A DNA stretch of 64,000 nt from Dimorphilus gyrociliatus (taxonomy: Eukaryota; Animalia; Annelida). Position 1 is the first letter of the stretch. Every line of letters starts with the position of its first letter. The stretch spans positions 4,170,408 to 4,234,407 of the forward strand of contig CAJFCJ010000006.1 of NCBI GenBank assembly GCA_904063045.1. Direction: 5' to 3'. The notes beneath the pieces are model-generated. The model was given only the letters and a program-made list of their open reading frames with translations. It was not told the DNA's origin and made no database searches. Position numbers and translations under genes: made by a program. Below, in pieces: positions 12,354 through 24,492 of this stretch.

Positions 12354-12590
12354 TTCAAGATCGAATTTTTGTTGATAACAGACTCTGATATATCACCCAC
12401 CCGTTCTAGTTTGTTTCAGTCCCTCTTTATCTAGTGCATTTTATCAGATGAAATTTTTAACTTTTTCTTTCCTTTCGCCATTAAAATACACTTAATTGAT
12501 GAATTCTAACTAGTCTAAAAAGATTATGTAACAATAAAATGTATTCCTATATAAGTATTGATATATCATTATTAGTTTTGTATAGAATAA

Positions 12591-13481
12591 TCAACTTGTT
12601 TCATTTTCTGGTAATTGTCCAATTTCAAATTTAAATTCATTCCAAACTTGCGGGAGAATAGGATTTTTTCCTTCACGCTCATCAAAGTAATGATGATACA
12701 CAAACATTTTTATAGGGATTGTATCAATTCCATTTACTGTTACGTTAATTGTATATTGTCCGGGCTCTACAATAGGTTCATCTGGTAGGCTTATACAATC
12801 CTGAGGAACTTGAGCACCGGCACATCGAAAAGCTACAAACACATTTTCTTTTGTAAGAGTCCAAGTTACTTTCGGATTCATAGGGACGTGCAAGTTCATC
12901 CTTCTAAGCCATCTAATTGTTTCTTGGCCAGTGAGAGTTTGTCTAGGTATATTTGCGTTTTCCTAAGACAAGATTAAGAATAAAATAAACAGCTGTTTTA
13001 AAACAATTAAAAAGAAATAAAAATTATTTTTACCTCTCTAAGTTTTTGTGTATTTTCTATGTTTTCTTCAGAGGCATATATAGCTTGTTTAGTAGGAGAA
13101 AGCGTGTTCCTAAACAAGTTTCTGTCAACTGGTAGAATATCGCCGGCATATCCCAAACCTTCAACGTGCCTTAGAAGAACGACATCTATTGGAGTTTCAA
13201 CTTCACTGTCATCGGTCGTTTCTATGATATCGTAAAGCAAATTCGTGTAGTTTGTCTCTAAATTTGGCCAAACATTTATGTCATTAAACTTGCGATCGAG
13301 ATTTTTATTCCTTCTCTCAACTATAACGGTGGTCTGAGGAGAAAGGATGTATAAATTGTAGTTTATCGGATAATTTTTTGAAAAAGATAAAATATTTTAC
13401 CCTTTTTGAATGCTTTAGTAAACTAGCACATCTATTCCGAGCGAATAGCAATCGTAAAGGTTGACGAATAGAAAGATTCAT
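12591..13481 (-). CDS. MRPL9: Mitochondrial ribosomal protein L9 (bL9m)
   Basis: Arg-rich presequence MNLSIRQPLRLLFARNR; motifs VVLLRHVEGLGYAGDILPVDRNLFRNTL and MNLHVPMNPKVTWTLTKENV; three or more exons. Confidence 0.85.
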
Positions 13482-13653
13482 CTTTCACGAGGTCTTTTCG
13501 ATAAAGCAACCTTGACCTTAACTGGCAGTCACCGGTCGAAGAGTAAACGGTTACCGCTTTTTATTGAAGTTAAGCAGACGACATAGGACAAGGGAGAAAG
13601 GGATAATCAGAAAAATTGAACTGTTTTGTGTTTTTTGGGACTCAGATATCTAA

Positions 13654-14340
13654 ATGGCTGTTAATCAACAACAACAAGCCGTCAGTGCCCTTCCTCTACC
13701 GCCGATTTTCTACCAAGGCTATACAAATGAAAATATTGAGAAGGGAAGGGCCCCACAACCCCCACGGCCACCTAAACCTTACGAGCCCTATTCGTGCTTC
13801 GGCTTTAATTACGGTGGACCAAACGATGGACAAATAGTGCCGCCATTGGAAACTCAAAACGTAAAGAGGCTTCACCCGCAAAATTATGAACATAGACGGG
13901 AGTTGATAAAAATGAATCACTCTCTTCTTTGTGCTGTTTTAGACTTGTTGCAAATTTTAGTGACTTCGGCAGATAGCCCTCAAAGGACACAGAAACTTAG
14001 CGATATCTATCTTATACTCATACATATGCAACATTTAATTAATGAACTTCGGCCAGTGCAGGCGCGGGATGCGCTTGCAGCAATGATGCAAAGGCAGGTG
14101 AAAGCAACAAGAGAAGCTGTCCTATCAATAACAAGAGTTATGAATAAAGCTGCTAATTTTGTAAATAAAGCAATTTGCAATGTAAACGTAACATCGGCCA
14201 CAAATAGCATCTATCCTACATTTATAAAAACAGAAGTTGAGGAAGAAAAGAAACCTTCTATTATTACAGATGAATCAGAATTAAAAAATGAATTAATGTG
14301 TTCTATCATAGACAATTTAGACCGCGAGGGTTTACTATAA
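13654..14340 (+). CDS. MED7: Mediator of RNA polymerase II transcription subunit 7
   Basis: Single exon; VSALPLPP...PQPPRP...YSCFG...LETQNVKRLHP...ELIKMNHSLL...HLINELRPVQARD is the Med7 signature. Head-to-head with MRPL9, 172 bp apart. Confidence 0.93.
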   Translation: MAVNQQQQAVSALPLPPIFYQGYTNENIEKGRAPQPPRPPKPYEPYSCFGFNYGGPNDGQIVPPLETQNVKRLHPQNYEHRRELIKMNHSLLCAVLDLLQILVTSADSPQRTQKLSDIYLILIHMQHLINELRPVQARDALAAMMQRQVKATREAVLSITRVMNKAANFVNKAICNVNVTSATNSIYPTFIKTEVEEEKKPSIITDESELKNELMCSIIDNLDREGLL

Positions 14341-16071
14341 AAGATATTCAAGAAAGGAAAACAAATCGAATTATTAAAAAAAAAGGAAAAAAAAATAAAT
14401 GAGAGGAAAAGAAATAATAAAGATTTATTACATTATATTTATGAGAGATTATTTATATTTTAATTTCCTTTTTGCGCCTTTTTTTTTCAAATAATGTTCG
14501 AAAAAAGCTTTTGAATTATTTATGCTCTTCTGCCTATCATTGTACAATATTTATTTGTATTGTTGTACATAAGTTTTTTTGTATAGTTTTTAAAATATTT
14601 TACTCAATAATGTTTATCCTATAAATTGTTATAAAACAGTTTTCTATGTAATGTTCTGTATTATAACAAAAAACTAATCTGATTTTTGGGTTAGTGTTTG
14701 GTTTGTATTAAAAAAAAAGAAAAAAAAATTAAGTGTTTGATGGTTGTGTTTGCCTTCTCTTAATCATAGTTATCAATTCTATCCTCAAATATCATACGAC
14801 ACCTGTCCTCCTCCCGTGTTGGTTTGTCCCCCTCCCTTCTGTTGTTCTTTTTTATATCTCAATTAATTTATGAATTTTCGTGTTCTTTTTAAAAAAAAAT
14901 GTTTAAAAATCAAACAAAGGGATCGATTACAATACCTTTATTTCTCCTATTGCTTCTTCTTTTTAATATTTTCAGGATGTATCATAATCTTTCTACCAAT
15001 ATTTATTACATATCTTGTGGAAAGCTATAATAATGTAGATGGAGTTACTAGTTAAAGCTGCCTATACCTTGCCTCGCATACAGTAGAGCATAAAATCATC
15101 ATATCTTAAATATATCATTAGAGTAAATATCTTCAGAAATTTCGCTACTTAGTGTCTTAAGATACAGAGTTATACTGGATATAAAATATATATTATTAGA
15201 ATGAGTCTTATATTCTAAAACTATAAATTGCTGTAAAAGACAAACAAACAGTCATATTAACATTCTGTAAATAATATCTATATTTCTACGCCTGTTCTTT
15301 CATTTAATAAATTTCACATCAATTTATCGTCAAAGTGTAACTCTATGACTTTTTATGTTATATTTATGAAAATAATAATCTATTCATGTATATTCATATT
15401 AATCAACTGTTAAATATTCTTTCATTTTTCATTATTGTTATCTAGCTTATATACAGGACAAGTTTAAACAAGAAGATAGGGAAGAATAAGATTGTCATTG
15501 TAGATAGAAAACCAATATAAAAGCCAGATATGGTGAGGATATTGAGAAAAATTTTTTACGTGATAAATAAAAAAAATCTTTGAATAGGCTAAAAATATAA
15601 TAAATTTGATCAATCTTCGCTTATTACTTCCATTGGTTGTTGTTGTTTGGTCATTTAGTCCCAAAAATTACAAATATTGTTGAGTATGTTTAATTACGTC
15701 ATCTCATTTCTAGAATGACATAGTCCTGGTTTGGTTGACTTTGAGCGTTACTTCAATTTTATTAGTTTTCTTCTTATTTTTGAATCAATATACAATTGAG
15801 TTTGGTGCATACTTGAAAAACATAATCTATAAATAGAGAATGAGATATTGTAAAACACTCTTTCAATTTTTAGATTAGTGCCTGGGAATCGTTATAAGCC
15901 TATCTATTTAGATCATACCATTTGATCAAAAACTAGTTTTATTAGACTTTATCAATATGACATTGAAAAAAAAGACCTACTTTCTGGCTTTTGGTACATT
16001 CAGACCTTGGAATTAAATAATTTAAAATTTAGCAAGTTTCTTTCTCAATATTTTCTTCTGACTGGGTTAAA

Positions 16072-17970
16072 ATGAAATCGCTAATTGCTACTTTAATTAT
16101 AGCATATATAGGCTATTATGTATTGGTAGATTATAAGGAGAGAATACAAACTATAGACTCTAGTGATGATGAATATGACTATATTGTTGTTGGAGCTGGA
16201 TCGACTGGTTTGTAGTAGTACTTAACACCAACAGTTTATACGTTTATCGTATTTTTTATCCTCTTTTCGCATAAAGGTAGTGTTTTGGCTAATCGGTTGA
16301 GCGAGAACAAGAATATAAAAGTTTTACTTTTAGAAGCCGGTCAGGATATATCAAACGAGGATTTACCTAAAACCCCTATATCTTTTCCTCGCTTGCAGGG
16401 AGAATCTTATGACTGGAATTTTACAATAGCTCCTCAACAGTATTCCGGTTCTCCTCATATAGGCAAACAAACATTCCACCCGAGAGGAAAATGCTTAGGT
16501 GGATCTTCAAGATTAAATGCTATGCTTTACGTTAGAGGAAATCGACTTGATTACGACTCATGGGCAGAGAATGGTGCCAAAGGTTGGAGCTACGAAGAAG
16601 TTTTACCTCTTTTTAAAAAATCTGAGAGTAACACAAAACCTAATATTTCATTAAAATATCGCGGTCGGGAAGGACCACTTCACGTTGGTGATTTTCCCAG
16701 AGGAGAGGGTTGTAAACATTTTATAGACGCTGCAGTTGAATCAGGATTTGTAGAGAGGGATTTTAATGCAGAATACCAGGAAAATAGTGTCTGGGCCTTA
16801 GAGGGAACAATTAAAAATGGGATAAGGCATTCAACGGACGAAGCATTTCTGAGACAGGCATCTGCTAGACCTAATTTACATATATTACCTGGAGCACATG
16901 TTACAAAGATTCTTATAAATGATAAAAAAGTTGCAAAAGGTGTTGAATACGTGAAAAATGGCAAAATAGTAAAGACAATGGCTCGAAAGGAAATTATATT
17001 GAGTGCAGGAGCTTATGGATCAGCAACCATTTTAATGCTTTCTGGAGTGGGACCAGAAGCGCATCTAAAAGATTTAGGAATACCAGTTATTAAAAATCTT
17101 CCTGTTGGAGAAAATCTCCAGGATCACGTTCACTTTCCAATTGTAGTTGGAGTCGACGAACCCATAAGCAACGAATTGAAAGAAGCTGAAGGAATCTTTT
17201 CCACCTTAAATTATAAGCTCTTTGGAAAAGGCTATTTAGGTAGTCCTGGTCTTGAAGCAGCTGTTTTCACAGATTTACCAGCTGCTAAACAACCGCCGCT
17301 AATTCAATTGCATTACTTTGGTACACATTTTGGTGCAAATGAAGAAATAATGAAGCTATGGTTTCGAAACATAAATCACGGAAAAGATTTCCAGAAACAA
17401 TATGCAAAGAATTTATTAAATAAAAATGCAGTTTCAATATTTCCATGTCTTTTACATCCTAAAAGTAAAGGAACGATTAAACTCGCGTCTGCAAACCCTT
17501 TCGATTATCCAATAATCAACCCAAGAAGTTTGATGGAAGACGAAGACGTTGAAGTATTGTTAAGCAGCGTTCGATTAGTTCAAAAGTTGGTCGGAACGAA
17601 ATCTTTTAAAAAAATTGGAGGTAAAATTATAAATACGCCAACATTCGGCTGTGAGGTAAGACACGGGTTTCATATCATTAAATGTCTTATTCATTTAACA
17701 TCTTTCCGACAGCATTTGAAATACGATTCGGATGATTATTGGAGATGTCATATTCGAAATGAGCTTTCTACTGTATATCACCCAGTTGGAACTTGCAAAA
17801 TGGGATCTATAAATGATCCCACTGTGGTTGTTGACCCAGAGTTAAAGGTCAAAGGTATAACTGGCCTAAGAGTTGCAGATGCTTCAATTATGCCTACATT
17901 ACCGTCTGGTAATACTAACGCTCCCTGTATTATGGTAGGAGAAAAAGCGGCTCAGTTAATATTGAAATAA
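16072..17970 (+). CDS. GMC oxidoreductase (glucose/choline dehydrogenase-like) with N-terminal hydrophobic leader
   Basis: Exon 1 16072-16207 gives YDYIVVGAGSTG, joined to SVLANRLSE (FAD-binding GxGxxG). Also RGKCLGGSSRLNAMLY, VGENLQDH, YHPVGTCKMG and GNTNAPCIMVGEK. Probable in-frame intron at 17656-17712. Confidence 0.92.
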
Positions 17971-18234
17971 TTATCTTTAATTTATTTTTCAATGTGCGAC
18001 TATTCTCTAATTTAAATTGTTTTGACAACAAAGATTTTTGTGATTATTGTCGTTTATAGAATTTATCTTTTTGCTGAAGTGCCATATTATTTTCGTGCGA
18101 GGAATAACAACGTTAAATATTAATTAAACGGTATAATTGAAAGAGAAATAATAGGAGAAAGTATTCTTTTTGTGCGTAATAATATCAATCTTTTCATTGT
18201 TTTCTGAAATAAGTGGTTTTTTGTTTCATAATGA

Positions 18235-20611
18235 TTATTTTTTCCACGATTTCCTTGTTAGGAACCAGCATTTCATGTCATTTTCTCTTCCTTTCATTTT
18301 CACTGTCCCGCGATACTCGAACTGGAAATCTGGATCGTAACATTTTTCGCTCTGTAATAATTTGTACGCATCTTCCGAGACATTTATTTTCCCTTTAGTT
18401 CCAGTTGTTTCTGTTCTACTTGTAAGGTTAACTGTATTTCCGAAAAGACAGTAACGAGGCATTCTAGTTCCAATAACACCTTTTTAATGAGGACAGAAAA
18501 AACATAATGAAGATTATTCAAACTTTTGCGTTTAAAAAAAACCTTTTACCTGTCACGACTTCACCTGAATGAATACCGACAGTAATTTGTAAAGGTTTAC
18601 CGTCCGGGTCATTTGTATTCTTTATAGTTTCCATCATATCTAATGCCAATAGTGCTATATTCCTTGAATGATCAGGACATTCTTCCGGCAGTCCACTTAC
18701 AGCCATATATTTATCACCGACTGTTTCAACTTTATATACGGCTGGATGCTTTAAAGGATCGATTAATTCGTCAAATTTTGTATAACAATCGTTCAATAGT
18801 TTTATTATTTTTGCCGCACCATTTACGTCCGAATTTCTTGAACTAAACTCATCGAAGCCAACGATTCCGCTAAATAAGATAGTTACAAGATTATATTTAT
18901 ACGGTTCAACTGGATTTTGTTGCCGAAGTTCATTAGCGACCGACGGTGGGAGAACGGAATACATAAGATTGTCTGTTTTTTGTTTTTCGCTTTCCAAGTC
19001 TCTTCTCGCTTGTTTAAGATCATCAGTTAAAATTTCTAGATTCTGGGTAAGTTTATACTCAGCCTGAAAATTCTCGGACAAAAGAAGAAGATCTCTGGTT
19101 GCGTCATGAACAGGTATGTCACCAACGTGTAAACCTTTCTTCAAAAGATCATCAAGTGAGGCAACACATGGTGAACCCAAAAAAAGAATCGAATCTTCCT
19201 TAATAATATATGTCATTTGACCTTTGATCCGCAAATCCGCTATTTGAGATATTTGACTGTCAATTGCTGCTGTTTGTTTTATTTTCATTACATATACTGT
19301 ATTTATATGAGCAAGGATTGACTGAAAGTCATAATTCATATTTGGTCTGATCATCTCGAATAAGTGAAATATTTCTTTGTTAATGTACTTTTTAAACAAT
19401 CTGGCAAGTGTGTCACCCATTTCGATGATTCTCATCTTATTATCAATTACGAAATGAAAAGGGAAAGCATTACAAATCGTTCTTCCTTTGATTTTTTTGT
19501 TGTGTGCAACTAGAGCTTTTAATTCAGACTCCATAGCGTTCGATAATCTTCTTGTACTACCGTCTTTTTTCTCTTCAATTAGAAATTGAACATGATCTAT
19601 GCCATCTTCTCCCTTTGCCTTATAAATGCTTACGTCAACTTCTGTTGAATGTAATTCTTCTGAAACTGCTTTAACTATACCAATTACAATATGTTCCAGT
19701 CCATCTCTTTCAGATGTGTAATGTAGTATTGTGGCGCCATCTGATTCACGTTCACTCACCCTGAGAAAGAAATGAATAAGCAGATAAATATTCGAGGAAA
19801 AGAGCATCATGAGCCGTTGATCATTCTGATGTTAATTTCAGCTTTAAGATGATCAAGTATTCTTTTAAGGACTAATATTTTACAAGTAACTCTCTGTGGA
19901 GAGGGATTAGCGAAGAACATCATTACCTGAAATGAGGAGCTTTCATCCCCGGATAAATAGTACCCAGATGATCGTGGAGGGCATCAAGATTTTGCAGGAA
20001 GTCCCTAACTGTCGAACCAAGAACCTTGAGAGAGAATAAAGCTTATTATTATTAATGAGAAAGGAAATAAGTGTAAATTTTTAATTTATAGTCTCTTTTT
20101 AATACTAAACCATCAATATTTTGTCATAGCCTTGCTCTTGACAAAACTTAAAGAAAACTCGTCCAAATAGTTCTAAAATGTTGTTTGCTGATATCCCTAT
20201 TTAATGAAACATAGGAAAAAATGTAATTACTCTTAATAGACGATTATAGTAATGTTGTTTAATCATTAAAAAAAAAAGGAATCTTCTATTAATAAGGAGG
20301 TCCCTGGAAGTAAATGCTATTATTTATGGCTACCTAGTATTTTTTCGGCTGCTCCAACTAAATTATAGGACATGGAATCGCAATATATTTGCCTGTGAAG
20401 AAATTCCCCTTCCATGGATACATTTGCCTCCTTCTTTATCTTCTCCCATGTCTCTTCTCCAAAATTTCTCAAAACCAGCAATTGTAAAGCGTGATTAACA
20501 AAGCCATACTAATAATTGGAAAAACGAAGAAATAACAATGGAATAAATAAAGTTAATTAATTAATAACCAAAGATAAAAGGAGTTAGAAAGTAGAAAGTA
20601 TTACGTACCAT
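18235..20611 (-). CDS. GUCY1B1: Soluble guanylate cyclase beta-1-type subunit (H-NOX, PAS, coiled coil, cyclase)
   Basis: M|[25 protein letters not shown]; heme ligand in NLDALHDHL; YxSxR motif (HYTSER); beta-type [23 protein letters not shown] and [21 protein letters not shown]. Confidence 0.93.
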
Positions 20612-21053
20612 AACTTTCTTCAACGACTTGCGTCTATATGACGTTTGATAGCTTGGAAACGCCCTCTAGAGAGCTTTTTTTGTAATTCTTTTTCCTCTCT
20701 CTTTCTCTTCCTCGTTTTGTCTATTTTCGGTTTTTTTTTATGTGCTAAGTGATATTAGAACTTAAGGAGTTGAGAGTGCGAGAAAGAGAGGGGTGTATAA
20801 CTCCTTTAAATGATAATCTGAGGAGTGGAGAAATATCGAATGTATCTGATTGCTAATTAACGTAATTAAAGACAGGAAAAAGCGGAATAAAGAAAGTGAA
20901 GTAATAAGACTTTCGTTTTCTAAGATACTTTACACGAGAATTAGAAACTTATATATCTTTATATACAGATGAATATGTATTTTTTGTTACAAGGTGCACT
21001 AGACATTCTTTATTTTTCATACAAAATCGAATATAAGACTATATCTAAGGAGT

Positions 21054-24000
21054 TTATGATATTGGGAAGTACTCTTTCATTGCTGCTTCAGTGTGAAGTT
21101 CAATACAACTTTCATCCGAAACCGTAGAATGCTTGTAGGATTGAAGGAAGTAACCTATACCTTCACCTGCAGGAAAGCCTTTTGGTAAATCCTCCTTTCT
21201 TCTTGGCACGAACGAGAAACCCTTTGTATTTTCTACCAGTCTGTTTGCATAGAATTTTCATTGTAGATATTTAGTAATAAGATAAATAAAAGAACTTTAA
21301 CATCCTTTTGACGAAATGCAGATCATTAAAAATGATTTGGGTATCGAACGATAATTCAATTTTTTTCGTATAAATTATGGAATTATTTTTAATGGAAGTG
21401 GGCGTTTTTTTTACGAGTTTATTTAAAAATAATAGCCTTACCTATAAGTCGTTGGACTAACATTTGTTTTCATGGCTTCGCTACCAGATTCAAATTTGTT
21501 TGCTAAAGTAACATTATTACCAAATAAACAATATCGAGGCATTTTCTTTCCAACAACACCTTTAATAGGTAAATTATATTAAATTCATTTGTTTATTTTT
21601 AATTTAAAACAGTTAAAACATATTTATACTAATATATACCAGCCATAACGGGTCCAGAATGAACTCCAATGCGCATCTGTCGGAATAATTTACATAATTA
21701 GGTGGCATTGATAAAATTAATCTATATCCTATTAGATATTAGATATTTAATTAATAGGAACTTAGTGAAAAACATTAAAATCAATAGAAAGCAAATTAAT
21801 ATGTTTTAGATTAGTATTTATAATTTTAACTATAATTAAATCTACAGACTAAAATGCCATGATGAGCATAAATAATGTCAAGTCTAATGTCAAATAAAAT
21901 AAACCTATTGATAGGTAAAGTCTATACAGTATATATATATATATATATATATAGTATAATAGTTTACAGCAGAATACAGTAGGAAGGAGATAGATAAATC
22001 GCTCCTTCCCCTTGGGCAATATTATAAGGAATAATCAGTGGCGTCTAAACAAATACAGTCTAATTCGTAAAATTTGAGCGAGAAAGGAGGTGAAAGGAAT
22101 AAGAAATGTGTATTGAACTAACCCTGATGGGTCTACTATCATGAGTTTTAACTTTGCCGGCAGCATTGAGCATCTCTAAAGCCATCCAACAAATCTGTTG
22201 TGCGTGGTATTTGCTTGTTTTGTGTAGACCTCCGGCGACGCAATATGCATCTCCGATAGTTTCTATCTAAAAGTTTATGACACTATACTATTATCAATGA
22301 CTATAGGCATTTCAGGAGAAAAGGGAAATTTTAATACATTTGCAAATTATAGCATACATACTTTATAAATATCTAATTTTTCACAAGCAGCATCACATAG
22401 AGTGTATAAAGCGCTGAGCATTCGAATAACCTGAAAAGGCGTGGCTGTAGAACAAATACTTGTAAATCCAACAAGATCTGAGAAAAGCATTGTTACATCT
22501 TCGAGATTCGATGGAACAACTTCATTTCCTGTTTTTAGTTTTAATGATTAAACCATTTTCATTGGAGTTAATTATTTAAAATCCCCAATAGCTAAAGGGA
22601 ATAGGTGGAAAGAACAAGTTAAAAAGGAAAGAGAGAAGACTTTTATCTCCTTTGGGAATATAGAACCGAATACGTTTATCATCTTAATCTTCCTCCTCCC
22701 TCATTAAGAGGACGAACAGCGCAAAAAGGAAATTGGTTTGCTCTACTTCTTCTACTTAATTCCAAAAAAATTGTGGTGCTACTCACCTAGCCACAATTCC
22801 TTAGCAATATTCTCTGGAAATATTAAATTTAATAATTCTACATTCTTTTCTTTCTCCACTTCAACCGCTTTACAAGCCTCTTCTACTTCGGCGTTAAGTC
22901 GCTCCATTCTTTTCTTTAGACCATCTTGAGCTTTTGATTGTTCCCCTACGAGAATGACATCTCTTGTTGCGTCATGAATAGGTACATCCGATATAAATAT
23001 GCCATTGCCAATCAATTGATCTAATCCAGCAACTACGGGAGAACCAAGAAATAGATAGCTGTCGCATTCTTCAACAAAAAGGAATTGACCCTTCAACTTC
23101 AATTTCTATTCAGATTTTGAATGAAGAAAAATTTTATTATCTATTTACAAGCTTATCTAGATTTATTTGTCAATCAATGATGACCAAATTACCTGGGCAA
23201 CAACGGCAAGACCGTTTTCCGAGTTGAAATTAAGATGGCTTTGAGAACCAAATCGAAGTTGTATTTCAAAGGGAACATTCGTATTTGACGCAATCGTTTG
23301 AGGTATGATCATATCAATTTGAGGTTGAACGATAGAGAAATACTTAGCAAAGTGTACCTGATGTTGAAAGTCGTGGAGCTGTAATATTCTAGACAAAGCA
23401 GATCCTAGTTGTTCAATTAAGAGATCCTTGTTGAGCATGAGATGAAACGGTAGTATTTCACACATTGTTGCCATATCAATGGGATAGTCTAACTTTGATG
23501 GAGTGTTGTCCTTTGGGCGATTTTTGCATGTTACTCTATAGACAACAACTGTCTCCTTGTCTTCGGCGATTTTCATGTCAATTTCTTCTCCGAAAACGAA
23601 AGTTGCCAAATGAATGAAGAATTGCTGATAGAAAGTGGATAATTTCTCCTCTATAAAATTTGCTCGTACATAAAAACTTCCATCAGAGTCATGATTAAAA
23701 CAAACAAAAGAATTTGAACAACTGCTCTTCGATGGTCTTAGACCGTTTAAATTCGATATTAATTGACGAATTGAACATCCAATCGACCTTATTCTTTGTT
23801 TATGCTCGGTTACAAAATTTTTACAATACTCTTCTGCTGTTTCGTTGTCGTTTAACTGTAGGGAAAAAGCGAAATGCAAATGAACTGACTTCTCATTAGG
23901 AAAGCCGGAAACCGAATGTTTTCTATTTCAATTTAAAGAATGTTACTGTTAAAAGTAAATTTCTCCAACATGACTTTAAATGATGAAATTTCATAAAAAT

Positions 24001-24492
24001 GCCCAGTTTTCAAGAGCGAAAAAGGAGTGTTTATGAGCTCATTGTAAATTAATACAGCAAGAAGGAAAAATACAATAAATAGTAAAAGAGAAATCAATGG
24101 GATAGGAAGAGAGGAGGAAAGTTGAAAGAAATTGAAGAGTGAGAGGAAAGGAGGTATAGAGAATAAAAACGAGGAAAAGATATAGATATGTAGGGAAGGG
24201 ATAGGTGAAAAAAGAACGAGGCTGACAAACAGAAAGAACGATACTACGAAAAAATCGATCAAATAAGACTTACAGACGGTTGAACGATTGAAGCTACCGT
24301 CTTTTGTAATGTGGATAACTGCAATTGGTCACCCTCCTTCGTTTCTTCATCATCCTTACACGCCATCCAGCCGAATTTAGTGTCTTCCGGAACGTCTCCC
24401 TCCGGCTTGTCCTCGTTATAGGCAATCTTTGCCGGAATTAGGACGCCCACTTGCGTTTTAAAACGACGGCGGCAGCATAGAAAGAACGCCAT
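21054..24492 (-). CDS. GUCY1A1: Soluble guanylate cyclase alpha subunit
   Basis: [15 protein letters not shown]...[55 protein letters not shown] and [19 protein letters not shown] (alpha-type). Start inferred at [10 protein letters not shown]; alpha1 versus alpha2 not resolved. Confidence 0.88.
21930..21953. repeat. (TA)n microsatellite in an sGC-alpha intron
   Basis: About 12 consecutive TA units. Similar short TA runs occur near 11100-11130, 24830-24843, 45105-45135 and 48266-48282. Confidence 0.9.

Noticed and set aside
17656-17712. 19-aa insertion in the GMC oxidoreductase ORF
   Set aside because: Bounded by GTAAGA...CAG; removing it restores the usual GCEHLKYDSDDYWRC spacing. An ordinary 57-nt intron that happens to be in frame.
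20612-21053. Operon or trans-splicing of sGC alpha-beta
   Set aside because: A poly(A) signal and a TATA-like element lie in the gap, and no SL-type acceptor could be distinguished from an ordinary one; not supportable from sequence.
21982-22009. 8-bp hairpin GGAAGGAG-N12-CTCCTTCC in an sGC-alpha intron
   Set aside because: A single short stem in purine/pyrimidine-skewed sequence; expected by chance, with no supporting motifs.
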